This document shows positions 26,455 to 36,312 of a stretch of 44,769 nucleotides of DNA, in pieces; position 1 is the stretch's first letter; every line of letters begins with the position of its first letter. The translations under genes were made by a program, and so were the position numbers. Under the pieces are notes generated by a model. The model was given only the letters and a program-made list of their open reading frames with translations, searched no databases and was not told where the DNA came from. The stretch is taken from the NCBI GenBank assembly GCA_042570305.1, contig JBHPGP010000006.1, positions 4,242 to 49,010 of the forward strand, read 5' to 3'. Source of the stretch: Candidatus Omnitrophota bacterium (GTDB lineage: Bacteria; Omnitrophota; Gorgyraeia; Gygaellales; JAHJCI01).

Positions 26455-26461
26455 CGTAAAA

Positions 26462-26956
26462 TCAGTCGAATATTCTTCTGAGTATCCGTTCAAACCTCTG
26501 CACAATCAATTCACTTGCCCTGTCAATATCTTTATCCCTGACATCAATCCAGTGGATATATAAGAAACCCCTCTCTTCGTCAATGTCTACGCTTAATGTC
26601 CCCGGGGTTAAGGTGATGGAATTAGCCAGAAATGTAAGCGCAGTATCAGACTTAAGACTGGTTTTTACCTTAACGATACCCGGGTTAAGCGGCCGATTAG
26701 GATGTATGACGCGCCAAGCCACATCAATGTTTGCCTTAATACACTCCCAGATAAACATCGGCAAATAATAGATGAACCAGAGGTAGCGACTGGCGTGTTT
26801 GAACACATACGGCCTTTTTACAAACAAATCCCCGGTCATAAAGGCGACAAACCCGGCTACTAAAATCCCTGCCAGTATATGCTGTGAATCAACCGGCCAG
26901 CATAAACCCAGCCAGACTAACAGCCCGAGAAAGAATAAGATTATTCTACTTTTCAT
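26462..26956 (-). CDS. MrpE/MnhE-like antiporter subunit
   Basis: ANIDVA, PGIV, LANSITLTPGTL, LYIHW. Confidence 0.92.
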   Translation of the reverse strand: MKSRIILFFLGLLVWLGLCWPVDSQHILAGILVAGFVAFMTGDLFVKRPYVFKHASRYLWFIYYLPMFIWECIKANIDVAWRVIHPNRPLNPGIVKVKTSLKSDTALTFLANSITLTPGTLSVDIDEERGFLYIHWIDVRDKDIDRASELIVQRFERILRRIFD

Positions 26957-28446
26957 TATCTAACTGCCCCCAAGACAATATTACCGTATTCCCTGCCGGA
27001 TAGAACAACATCAACTGCCTGCTGAAGAAATCCCTGCAAGTGAGGGAGTAACAGCAATCCCCCCAGTAGGCAAATCAATGCCAGTCCAGCCATTGAAGCC
27101 TTCATTGGCAAAGGCACCTCTTTTATTTTCTTTAAACCCTCTCTAATCTGTCCGAAGAAGGCATACTTTTGCACCTTCATAAAAGAAGCCAGGGTTAAAA
27201 TACTACCCAAAACCGCCCATAGGGCATATCCTGAGTGCCCGGACTGCACACAGGCGAGGATAATAATTAATTTACTCCAGAATCCATTAAAGGGCGGAAT
27301 CCCGGCAATGGACATAGAGGCAACCAGGCTGGTATTCGCCGTAACCGGCATGCGCTGCCGTAGCCCGGACATCTTCTGCAAATCACGGGTACCAACAGAA
27401 TAGTCGATTGCCCCTGAATTCAAAAACAACAGTGATTTAAACACCGAGTGATTAAACAGATGGAACAAGCCGCCTAAAACCCCCAGGGGGGTAGCCAGGC
27501 TTAAGCCCAGGATTACATAGCCTATCTGGCTGACAGAATGATACGCCAGCAATCTTTTTAAATCCCACTGCCCGATAGCCAGAAACACGCCTACGATTAT
27601 CGAAAGGGTCCCTAAAAACATAAATAACGACAGTAAATTGGGGCCGGCTCCGATGATATTGAAGAACACTCTGATCAAGGCATATACACCCAATACCTTT
27701 ATGACCACTCCCGAAAGCATTGCCGAAATAGGCGCAGGCGCAGAAGGATGCGCATCAGGAAGCCAGGCATGGAAAGGAACCAGCGCCGCCTTCAGGCTAA
27801 AACCCATAAAGAATAGTACGCTGATAAAGCCGATTATATTAGCGTCTCCCTTTGTTGCCAAAACCATTGATATGTCCGCCATGTTTAAGGAAGAGGTAAA
27901 ACCATAAAGCAGGGCAATGCCCAAAAGGATAAAGCTGGAGGCAACTGAACCCATTATCGCATATTTAAAAGACGCCTCCAGCTCTTCGGATTCCGTACCG
28001 AAAGCAACCAGTGCATAACTGGCAATGGAGGCAATCTCCAGGAATACAAACAGATTAAACATATCCCCGGAAATAATTACGCCGTTCATACCAGCAAGCA
28101 TCAGCATAAACAAGGTATAGAACCTGTACTTGGAGGTATACCTTTCCATATAACTTATGGAATAAATCGTCACCAGACACGAAACCAGATTTAAAGTGAC
28201 CAGCATAAAGCCGGATAATCCATCCAGGACCATACAGATTCCGATAGGAGGAACCCAACCGCCGACTTTATAGAGTAAAATATTGCCGGGCTGGGAACCC
28301 AGATTCAAAAATGCAAATAAAGACAACGCCATAAGTCCAAAACTGACTAAATTAGCCAGAATATCCCCTGAACGCCGAGACGCCTTACCAGTCAGAGAAA
28401 TAATAAAGGCTGCTGCTAAAGGAATGGCTACAAATAAAGGTAACAT
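26956..28446 (-). CDS. MrpD/MbhH-like antiporter subunit
   Basis: DMFNLFVFLE, KAALVPFHAWLPDAH, KRLLAYHSVSQIGY, PPFNGFWSK. Confidence 0.9.
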   Translation of the reverse strand: MLPLFVAIPLAAAFIISLTGKASRRSGDILANLVSFGLMALSLFAFLNLGSQPGNILLYKVGGWVPPIGICMVLDGLSGFMLVTLNLVSCLVTIYSISYMERYTSKYRFYTLFMLMLAGMNGVIISGDMFNLFVFLEIASIASYALVAFGTESEELEASFKYAIMGSVASSFILLGIALLYGFTSSLNMADISMVLATKGDANIIGFISVLFFMGFSLKAALVPFHAWLPDAHPSAPAPISAMLSGVVIKVLGVYALIRVFFNIIGAGPNLLSLFMFLGTLSIIVGVFLAIGQWDLKRLLAYHSVSQIGYVILGLSLATPLGVLGGLFHLFNHSVFKSLLFLNSGAIDYSVGTRDLQKMSGLRQRMPVTANTSLVASMSIAGIPPFNGFWSKLIIILACVQSGHSGYALWAVLGSILTLASFMKVQKYAFFGQIREGLKKIKEVPLPMKASMAGLALICLLGGLLLLPHLQGFLQQAVDVVLSGREYGNIVLGAVR

Positions 28447-28456
28447 CTTTTTTCTA

Positions 28457-28795
28457 TTATCCCCTCAGTTGCTTAATCTTGGTAATATCAAAGGTACCGT
28501 ATTTCTCATAGATTCTTATGGCAATGGCAACGATTAAGGCAGTGACTGCCAGGCCGATTACAATAGCAGTAAGCACCAAGGCCTGAACCAAAGGATCAAC
28601 CATATTCAAGACTTCCTGATCCTTGGCCAATATCGGTGCGCGGCCATGCATACGGTAACCTACCAGTATAAACAACAGATTTACCGCATACTCAATAATT
28701 GCTAAACCAATGATAATCTTAATCAGATTTCTCTTTCTTAAGATGCAGTAAATCCCGATACTAAAAAGCACTAAACATAATAGATATAGGCTCAT
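28457..28795 (-). CDS. MrpC/MbhG-like subunit
   Basis: NLIKIIIGL, DPLVQALVLTAIVIG. Confidence 0.9.
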   Translation of the reverse strand: MSLYLLCLVLFSIGIYCILRKRNLIKIIIGLAIIEYAVNLLFILVGYRMHGRAPILAKDQEVLNMVDPLVQALVLTAIVIGLAVTALIVAIAIRIYEKYGTFDITKIKQLRG

Positions 28796-29235
28796 TTCTC
28801 TTCCGGATTCGATAGAATTACCAAAGCCACAAAGATCAGAAATAACCCTGCCCCCACCTTAAGGCAGATGGCAATATTACACAAAGGAATTATTCCCGCA
28901 CTGAACAGATTAAAGGGCTCGCCCTTTTTGATAAAGTTTAAAAAGAAGTACCCCCCTAAGAAACCCAGTAAAGCAATGCCCAGAAACAGGATTCCTCCCA
29001 GGCTTTCTAAGATAGAGGCGCGTAGCTGGTTTAGCCTCTCCAGGGCAGTATCTTTGCCAAACGCCAGCATCAGATGGATAAAAGACAGGGCCATAATCAC
29101 CCCTCCGGGAAATCCCCCTCCGGGAGTAAGGTGACCGTGCAGGACAATATAGATCCCGTAGAGCAATATCAGGCCCACGGTCAGCCGGGTAATTGTCTTG
29201 ACAATTAATGTCATTCCGCTTTGCTTGGCCTTCAT
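28792..29235 (-). CDS. MrpB/MbhF-like subunit
   Basis: HGHLTPGGGFPGG. Confidence 0.9.
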   Translation of the reverse strand: MKAKQSGMTLIVKTITRLTVGLILLYGIYIVLHGHLTPGGGFPGGVIMALSFIHLMLAFGKDTALERLNQLRASILESLGGILFLGIALLGFLGGYFFLNFIKKGEPFNLFSAGIIPLCNIAICLKVGAGLFLIFVALVILSNPEEK

Positions 29236-29757
29236 TTAATCCTTCCTTCTTCCGGTACGCCTCATTACCGCCAATACGCCCATTACCGCAGTGAATAAAA
29301 CCGTTGCCTCACCCAGGGTATCATAGGCACGAAAATCAAGGATTACCGATGATACAAGATTGGTTGCTCCGGTTTTGGATAACCCCTCCCTCAAATAATT
29401 GGCAGCCACCCTAAGCAAGGGCTGTCCGAATACAGGTAAATCCTTTAAGGAAATATAAGCCAGACTTAAAAATACCACAATGAATACCAATGTAGAAATT
29501 GTATTAAAATGCCAGCGCCCATCCCTAATCAATGGCAAATCCCGGTTTATGGTAGCGCGGATGAGGATAATCAAACAGAGTATCTCAACCACTAGCTGGG
29601 TAATTGCCAGATCCGGCGCCTTTAGAATAAGAAAGGCTAAAGAAAGCCCCAGTCCTACCGCTCCTACTGCCACCACGCTGGATAAGAGGTCGTGCGCCTC
29701 TACGGCAATTATTGCGCCAACAATCATAAATAATAGTAACAGGTGCAGTTCAATCAT
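29236..29757 (-). CDS. MbhD/E-like (DUF4040 plus MrpA C-terminal part) subunit
   Basis: APDLAITQ, NLVSSVILDFRAYDTLGEA; ATGA-coupled start at 29757. Confidence 0.88.
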   Translation of the reverse strand: MIELHLLLLFMIVGAIIAVEAHDLLSSVVAVGAVGLGLSLAFLILKAPDLAITQLVVEILCLIILIRATINRDLPLIRDGRWHFNTISTLVFIVVFLSLAYISLKDLPVFGQPLLRVAANYLREGLSKTGATNLVSSVILDFRAYDTLGEATVLFTAVMGVLAVMRRTGRRKD

Positions 29758-31436
29758 TTCAGTACAAAAAACATTACCATCATTCCCAATAAACACCAGA
29801 CCAGGTAAGTAGGTAAAACCCCGTTATGTAAATGGCGCAGTACGCCGTTGATACCGAAAACTATCCTCTGTCCCACATCGTATATATCAAAGCATTTCTC
29901 TTCTGCGAGCTTGTAGAACCTGGACAGAATATTGATTTCTTTTACTGTATTGTAAAATTCAGTTCCGGAAACCTTGCTCTTCTCCAACACGCCTGGCTCT
30001 CCTCCGATATATGGGGCATCCTCACGAAAAGACAAACTTAGCCTGCCCAATTTAAACACTACTAATCCGATAATCAACCCTGCAATGATCAAGAGGGTTG
30101 CCACTCCAGGAGACCAGAACCCCAGAAAACCTGAAGCCGGCAATGCATGGCTTCCGGTCAAGGCAGGAAGAACGAAATACTTTAAAGGAATAGCGAAAGC
30201 GAAAATTCCGAATAACACACAGATCCCTGCCAGTATCAAACAGGGCAGCCACATTGTCCAATTAACTTCCCTGACGCGCTCGCTTGCTGAGTCACCCAGG
30301 CGCTGCCCTAAGAACGTAGCGTGAATCAGCTTCATAAAAGAGGCTAAAGTCAAAGCACTGCCGATCATCGCCGCAACCAGGCAGAGAATCGAGGTAAACC
30401 GTAATGCCAGACCAGTATCGTTTAATTTGGCAACCAGCCCCTGGTAGACCATCCATTTGGAAACAAATCCGTTAAAGGGGGGCACTCCGGATATGGAGAA
30501 ACTGGCGACTAAGCAAGCAAAATAAGTAAGCGGCATCAGCTTGCCCAGCCCGCCGAGCTTATCCAGCTCGCTGGTATTGGTTTTGCTTTCAATATTACCG
30601 CCGGTTAAAAACAAACAGGATTTATATACTGCATGGTTGAGCATATGGAATATCCCGCCTGCAATCCCGATTGGATTGCCCGTTCCGATTCCCAGTACCA
30701 TATAACCCACCTGGGATACCGCATGATAGCCTAATAACCTTTTCAGGTTGTGCTGTACCATAGCCATCATTACCGCGGCAAGAATTGTAAAGGCACCGAT
30801 AAGCATCAGGAATATATTCATTGCCTGATTCATCACGAAGAGGTTTAAGCACACCCGCGCCAGAAGGTAAATCCCCAGCAGCTTATCCAAGGACGCAGGC
30901 AGAAAGGCAACTACCGGAAGCGGGGCATGCTCAGCGCAATCCGGAATCCAGGAATGAAACGGCATTGCCCCTGCCTTTGCAAAGGCGGCTATTGCCAGGC
31001 AGATAAACGCCAGCATTGCCAGCTGAGAGCTTCCGACTGCCAGCTGAATCTTATCCATCTGGAATGTGCCGGTTAAATGATAAATTATGACAATACCCAG
31101 CAGCATCAGGGAATCAGAAGCTCCGACGATAATAAAGGTCTTCTTTGCTGTCTTGTCGCTTGCTTCATCACCCAGGTTAATCAAGAGATACAAGGTAAGG
31201 CCAAGAAAACCCCATAAGATTAAAAGCAGAATCAGGTTATTTGCCAGCACCGCGCCGACCGAAGCAATGGCAGTTAAAACCATCCAGAGGTAATACTCAA
31301 AACGCCTCGGCCTTGCGCGCATAAACTTAAGCGAATAGAGCGTAATCAAGACAAAAAAGACCAGTATGGCAAGGCTGATAAAGCCGTTTAAATAATCGAG
31401 TTTAAATTGCAATAGGTTCGATAAAACTGGCATCAT
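29754..31436 (-). CDS. MrpA/NuoL/HyfB-like proton-translocating subunit
   Basis: KAGAMPFHSWIPD, KRLLGYHAVSQVGY, PPFNGFVSKW, LHNG; ATGA-coupled start at 31436. Confidence 0.88.
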   Translation of the reverse strand: MMPVLSNLLQFKLDYLNGFISLAILVFFVLITLYSLKFMRARPRRFEYYLWMVLTAIASVGAVLANNLILLLILWGFLGLTLYLLINLGDEASDKTAKKTFIIVGASDSLMLLGIVIIYHLTGTFQMDKIQLAVGSSQLAMLAFICLAIAAFAKAGAMPFHSWIPDCAEHAPLPVVAFLPASLDKLLGIYLLARVCLNLFVMNQAMNIFLMLIGAFTILAAVMMAMVQHNLKRLLGYHAVSQVGYMVLGIGTGNPIGIAGGIFHMLNHAVYKSCLFLTGGNIESKTNTSELDKLGGLGKLMPLTYFACLVASFSISGVPPFNGFVSKWMVYQGLVAKLNDTGLALRFTSILCLVAAMIGSALTLASFMKLIHATFLGQRLGDSASERVREVNWTMWLPCLILAGICVLFGIFAFAIPLKYFVLPALTGSHALPASGFLGFWSPGVATLLIIAGLIIGLVVFKLGRLSLSFREDAPYIGGEPGVLEKSKVSGTEFYNTVKEINILSRFYKLAEEKCFDIYDVGQRIVFGINGVLRHLHNGVLPTYLVWCLLGMMVMFFVLK

Positions 31437-32050
31437 TTTAAATCCAGGATACTGTCGGCTACTGACCTGGTGTGGCGGAAAATCTGGGCAGTGAAATCCA
31501 GAAGGTTTAAGAACATATTCCCTGCCCGCGGATCGCATACCCCCGTAATAAGCCTCTTTGTATGCGCTTCCCTGTATTTAACCAGCAACCTGTCAATATG
31601 CGCCTCGTCGCCTAAAATCCTCTTTGCGAAATCCTTGTCGTTCATCTTCAATGATTTTATTATATCGGACAATGCCGCATGCGCTACGCTATATAAGTGC
31701 CTGTATTCAGAAAGGGCGTCATCGCTGAAGAATAGTTTTTCCTGTATCTTTATCTCGATCCTCTCAATCATATCCTTTACATAATCGCCGATTTCCTCTA
31801 AATCGGCGATGATTTCCACCAGCAGGGTGATTTGCCGGTTATCCACTGCCTTGGATTTTTCCTTGGCGGATTCCACCAGGGAAAAACTCAAGGACCTTTC
31901 CATATCATTGAGCTTATCTTCCTCTTTTAAAACGCCTGCCAGCATATCCAGGTCGTGATTCATAAAGCCTTCAAATGTATTGGACAACATCATCAGCGCA
32001 AGCTCAGCCATCTGGTCTATCTTCTCTTTTATGCCGAGAGTGCTTTCCAT
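31433..32050 (-). CDS. PhoU-domain protein within the hydrogenase operon
   Basis: Two helical PhoU-like repeats (EDKLNDME, DLEEIGDY, EAHID). Confidence 0.75.
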   Translation of the reverse strand: MESTLGIKEKIDQMAELALMMLSNTFEGFMNHDLDMLAGVLKEEDKLNDMERSLSFSLVESAKEKSKAVDNRQITLLVEIIADLEEIGDYVKDMIERIEIKIQEKLFFSDDALSEYRHLYSVAHAALSDIIKSLKMNDKDFAKRILGDEAHIDRLLVKYREAHTKRLITGVCDPRAGNMFLNLLDFTAQIFRHTRSVADSILDLK

Positions 32051-32060
32051 TGTCTTTGCC

Positions 32061-33257
32061 TTATTCCCTGCCTAATGCCTTCTTCAGGCGCTCTGTCTTT
32101 TCCTGGGAAAGCTTAATCAAATCCCATCCGCTGAGGATTGTCTTGTTTTCTGGCCGGTTAATCACCGTAACCCTCTCGGTACAGCAATAACAGGGGTCAA
32201 CCGCAGCCAGGGTAATTGTGGCATCTGAGATTGTCCCTCCGATAACCGCAATCTTATTAGAGGCAACATTCATATAGCTGGGGGCACGGACCTTATATCT
32301 TATTGGCCGGTTTGTGCCGTCGCTTCTTACATAATGAAATACCTCTCCCCTCGGTGCCTCAGCGCGGCCGATTCCCTCTCCGGGAGGTATATCCTTGACA
32401 TTAGCATCAATTTCGCCCTTAGGCATCTTATCCAGGCACTGGCGGATAATGCTGATTGACTCATGCATTTCCAGTATGCGCACTACTGTCTTGGCAAAAA
32501 TATCTCCTTCCTGCTGAACAATCACCTTCCAATCAACTTTATCATAGGCGCCGTAAGGATCATCCCTGCGCACGTCAATATCCACTCCCGAAGCACGGGC
32601 TGTTGGGCCAACAACACTCCAGTCAATTGCCTGCTTACGGGTCAAAATCCCAATCCCTTTTAAACGTGCATGGATTACCGGGTCATCCATTACCGCACCC
32701 TTGAACATATCCACGGCACGGCTCAGTTCATCCAATGTCTTTTTTAGCGGGGGTATATGCTCATCAAGGATATCTCTCCTCACGCCCCCCGGCTTCATCA
32801 TTGCATAATGATTTCTATTGCCGCTAATCATCTCAAAACAGTCGAGCAAAGGCTCACGATATCTCCAGGCCCACATCCAGACAGTATTATAACCGATAAA
32901 GTGTCCCGCTAACCCCAACCACAAAAGGTGGCTGTGTATCCTTTCCATCTCAGCAATAATTGTGCGGATATAAAGCGCTCTCTCCGGCACCTCGATCTTT
33001 GCTAAATCCTCTATGGCATTAACGCAGGCAACGGGATGAGAAGTCGAACAAATCCCGCAGATACGCTCCACCACAAACGGTACCTGGTCAAAATGCTTTG
33101 ATTCGCATATCTTCTCAATCCCCCTATGGTTATAACCAATAGTAATTTCGATATCAACCACCTTCTCGCCCTCCACAAACAGCTTAAAAAACTCCGGCTC
33201 TTCCTGAAGGGGGTGATAAGGACCGATTGGTATTACGACTTTATGGCTCACGTTCAC
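32061..33257 (-). CDS. Group-4 [NiFe]-hydrogenase large subunit
   Basis: GPYHP, HRGIEK, L1 ERICGICSTSH, EAPRGE, L2 DPCYCCTER, C-terminal extension. Confidence 0.92.
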   Translation of the reverse strand: MNVSHKVVIPIGPYHPLQEEPEFFKLFVEGEKVVDIEITIGYNHRGIEKICESKHFDQVPFVVERICGICSTSHPVACVNAIEDLAKIEVPERALYIRTIIAEMERIHSHLLWLGLAGHFIGYNTVWMWAWRYREPLLDCFEMISGNRNHYAMMKPGGVRRDILDEHIPPLKKTLDELSRAVDMFKGAVMDDPVIHARLKGIGILTRKQAIDWSVVGPTARASGVDIDVRRDDPYGAYDKVDWKVIVQQEGDIFAKTVVRILEMHESISIIRQCLDKMPKGEIDANVKDIPPGEGIGRAEAPRGEVFHYVRSDGTNRPIRYKVRAPSYMNVASNKIAVIGGTISDATITLAAVDPCYCCTERVTVINRPENKTILSGWDLIKLSQEKTERLKKALGRE

Positions 33258-33675
33258 ACCTCAATGGATATTTCCCTTCCGGCCAATCCTCAGCCAATAA
33301 CAGGCGCTTCAGATTCGGATGCCCCACAAACTTAATCCCCAGCATCTCCCACATCTCGCGCTCAATCCACTCAAAGGCAGGCGATATAACTGCCAGGGAA
33401 TCAATCTGGGGGTTATCTTTATCCTCAATCAGTACGCGCACAGATACTACCTGACCGGTTTTATCGACACTAAAGTGATAGAGTATCTCGAAGCCCGTTG
33501 GCGTATCTGTGCCGCTAGCGATAACATATCTTAATCCCAGCTCACCAAAGAGGACCCTGGATACCTCTCTGATATCCTTCTTATCCACGCTAAAGTATAT
33601 TCGCTGCGGATTGTGCTCATACCAATCGCTTATCTTATCCTGTAATCTGCTCTTAATCTCGTCTAACTTAGACAT
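33241..33675 (-). CDS. NuoC/MbhK-like subunit
   Basis: ILYHF, EREMWEMLGIKFVGHP, DWPEGKYPLR. Confidence 0.9.
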   Translation of the reverse strand: MSKLDEIKSRLQDKISDWYEHNPQRIYFSVDKKDIREVSRVLFGELGLRYVIASGTDTPTGFEILYHFSVDKTGQVVSVRVLIEDKDNPQIDSLAVISPAFEWIEREMWEMLGIKFVGHPNLKRLLLAEDWPEGKYPLRCEREP

Positions 33676-34103
33676 TATGAAATACCTCTGACTTTCTTGA
33701 TTAATTTTACAATGCCCAGAATCATAGCTTCCGGTTTAGGCGGACAGCCGGGTATATACAAATCTACGGGAATAAATTCATCTACCGGGCAGGGAGAATT
33801 ATAACTGTCTTTAAAAATCCCCCGCCCCAGGGAACAGGAACCAAAAGCCACCACTACCCCTGGTTTGGGCATCTGCTCATAAAGTTTCTTTACTCTCGGA
33901 GCTGCCTTTCTGGATAATGCGCCGCTGATTAAAAGCACATCTGCATGCCTGATACTACCCACCAACATTATGCCGAACCTTTCCACATCATATCTGGGGG
34001 TTAATAAATCCAGGATCTCGATATCGCAATTATTACAGGAAGCCCCAACATTTAAGTGGAACACCCAAAGAGACTTGGTTAATGCCTTTAATTTAAGATT
34101 CAT
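33675..34103 (-). CDS. NuoB/MbhJ-like hydrogenase small subunit
   Basis: SCNNCDIE, RYDVERFG, RHAD, GSC, IPGCPPKP. Confidence 0.92.
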   Translation of the reverse strand: MNLKLKALTKSLWVFHLNVGASCNNCDIEILDLLTPRYDVERFGIMLVGSIRHADVLLISGALSRKAAPRVKKLYEQMPKPGVVVAFGSCSLGRGIFKDSYNSPCPVDEFIPVDLYIPGCPPKPEAMILGIVKLIKKVRGIS

Positions 34104-35011
34104 AAGCCGAGTAATGCCAAAATTACCGCAATCATTGCCAGGGCTGTTACGGGACCCCAGAAGAATTTCATTGCCTGGTCTATCCTCACCCGGGGACTGG
34201 TATTCCTGACCAGGATAATCACCACCAGCAATAAGACGTATTTGCCGATTAAGGAATAAATTCCGGTATTTGCCGACCAGAAAAGGCTGATTAAAAACAG
34301 AGGCATCACATAAAGCAGCATTGCCTTCATCAGCTTGAAGATTGCCAGAAGGAATCCGGAATACTCAATCATTGCCCCGCCCATAATCTCCTGTTCCGCC
34401 TCGGAAACATCAAAGGGGACTAGCCCGAGCTTTGCCTGCATGCACAATATTGCCACAATAAAGGCGGCTAAACCAGAGAGAGAGCCGACTACCGCTCCAT
34501 TGGCCGCCTGCAATGCGACAATCTGGCCCAATTTAATACTTGCCCCTGATTTGATAATCACCGTTGCCACTGCCAGAATAAAGGGCAACTCATAAGCCAA
34601 TACCAATTTCATCTCCCTGGATGCCCCGACAGAAGCTAAGGGGTTTTCCGAGGCGCTCGCCCCTAAGATTATGGAAATCGCCGGGATAACCAACAAATAT
34701 AGGACTACAATCAAGTCTCCCAGAAAAGACTGAGCGGGATTCATCAGCAGCTTTCCCAACAGGGTTGCCACTAATGTCACTGCCAGCAAACCGGCAAAGG
34801 GAGCAAATAAAAATGTAATTTTATTATTTTTAGGCAGGATTGTCTCCTTGCCCAGGAGCTTCAGCAAATCAACAAAGTTCTGATACCAGGGCGGGCCAAC
34901 CCTCCACTGCACCCGGGCAGTAACCTTGCGGTCAACCCAGCCGGCAACCAGGCCGACAACCGCGCTGAACAAACAACCCGGAAAGATTAAATAGTTAAAC
35001 AATATTCTCAT
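34100..35011 (-). CDS. NuoH/MbhM-like membrane anchor subunit
   Basis: DRKVTARVQWRVGPP, PFDVSEAEQE..GG..IEYSG, PRVRIDQ; ATGA-coupled start at 35011. Confidence 0.92.
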   Translation of the reverse strand: MRILFNYLIFPGCLFSAVVGLVAGWVDRKVTARVQWRVGPPWYQNFVDLLKLLGKETILPKNNKITFLFAPFAGLLAVTLVATLLGKLLMNPAQSFLGDLIVVLYLLVIPAISIILGASASENPLASVGASREMKLVLAYELPFILAVATVIIKSGASIKLGQIVALQAANGAVVGSLSGLAAFIVAILCMQAKLGLVPFDVSEAEQEIMGGAMIEYSGFLLAIFKLMKAMLLYVMPLFLISLFWSANTGIYSLIGKYVLLLVVIILVRNTSPRVRIDQAMKFFWGPVTALAMIAVILALLGL

Positions 35012-35502
35012 TTCTTCTTGGCCGGCGTGTCTTCCTTGACCCATTTGAGCGAATGCACTGCCAGGTTTTTGCCTACAAAATATATGTTTGCCTCTGGGTC
35101 CTCCTCGATTTCCTTTAACTCTATTGCCTTCTCAGGACAGCTGGTAATACATTTAGGCACGCCCTTGGTTATGCCAGCGCAATAATCGCATTTTGAATCG
35201 AGATACGGAATAAAATCAGCAAAGATTGTGCCGAAGGGACAGGCAAGGCTGCAGCATTTACAGCTCGTGCAGCGCATCTTGTAACGCTTGAGAACCCCGT
35301 CTGGCTGTTTCTCCAGGGCATCGTGATAACAGGCACCAACGCAGGGCGCCTCCTCACATTGCCGGCAATAAAGTGCAAAGGTCGCGTACTCGCGCAAATT
35401 GGTTATACCCTCATTCTGAGGGTGATAAAAATAACTGCACTTTACCACGCAATCAGGGCACTGATTGCAAACCTCTAAATCAATAAAAAGCCTCTTTTCC
35501 AT
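35008..35502 (-). CDS. Multi-[4Fe-4S] electron-transfer protein (HycB/CooF-like)
   Basis: CRQCEEAPCVGAC, CTSCKCCSLACPFG, KCDYC...CITSCP. Confidence 0.85.
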   Translation of the reverse strand: MEKRLFIDLEVCNQCPDCVVKCSYFYHPQNEGITNLREYATFALYCRQCEEAPCVGACYHDALEKQPDGVLKRYKMRCTSCKCCSLACPFGTIFADFIPYLDSKCDYCAGITKGVPKCITSCPEKAIELKEIEEDPEANIYFVGKNLAVHSLKWVKEDTPAKKK

Positions 35503-36312
35503 TTAATCCCAGATATCAGGTAATTCTTTTAATTTATCAAAAGTAAAAACCGGGCCGTCCTTGCACACATAATATCTGCCTACCCGGCAATGCCCGCACT
35601 TACCTAAACCGCAGGACATATTCTTCTCCATAGAAAGATAGATGTTCTCCGGTTTAAATCCCAGGTCAAGAAGCTTCAGGGTAGTAAATTTCATCATTAT
35701 CGGCGGCCCGCAGACAACAGATACCGCCTTCTTTGTGTCAACCGGGAAATCCTTTAATATTGTGGTTACCAGCCCGACATTGCCTTTATAGCCTGGCTGC
35801 GCAGCATCTACGGTTGTCACGACATCGATTTTCTTTGACCATTGGGAAAGCAGCGCTGGGTATAATATATCATTGGGTGTTCTTGCTCCGTACCTTAAGA
35901 TGACCTTTTTATATCGTTTAAGCTCAGCGAGCAGGCTGAAGACCAGCGAACGCAAAGGAGCCAAACCCACGCCTCCACCGACTATCACAACCTCTCTGCC
36001 TTTGAATTCCTCCAAAGGATAGCCTTTACCATACGGCCCGCGCATGCCAATCAGGCTGTTCTTCTTTAAATCGTGTATTTGTTCGGTAACCCTTCCGACT
36101 TTCATAATGGTTATCTCCAGCCTTTCCTTAATATTAGGGTCGGATGAGGGAGTAAACGGAGCCTCGCCGATACCGGCTAAGCACAATTCCACAAACTGCC
36201 CGGTGCTGAAGCTGAAACCCTGCTTGGGCTTAAGCACAATGCTCTTGATGTTAGCGGTCTCCTCGATTATTTCTTGGATGACTGCTTCTTGAGGCTGGTA
36301 TATATTATGCAT
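35503..36312 (-). CDS. FAD/NAD(P)-binding [2Fe-2S] subunit (AsrB/sulfhydrogenase-gamma-like)
   Basis: GEAPF, RGPYG, GGGVGLAPLRS, CGPPIMM, MSCGLGKCGHC...CKDGPVF. Confidence 0.9.
   Translation of the reverse strand: MHNIYQPQEAVIQEIIEETANIKSIVLKPKQGFSFSTGQFVELCLAGIGEAPFTPSSDPNIKERLEITIMKVGRVTEQIHDLKKNSLIGMRGPYGKGYPLEEFKGREVVIVGGGVGLAPLRSLVFSLLAELKRYKKVILRYGARTPNDILYPALLSQWSKKIDVVTTVDAAQPGYKGNVGLVTTILKDFPVDTKKAVSVVCGPPIMMKFTTLKLLDLGFKPENIYLSMEKNMSCGLGKCGHCRVGRYYVCKDGPVFTFDKLKELPDIWD

Noticed and set aside
32061-33257. Complex I NuoD or a non-hydrogenase Mbx/Ehr subunit
   Set aside because: Both CxxC Ni-Fe motifs (CGIC and CYCC) are present
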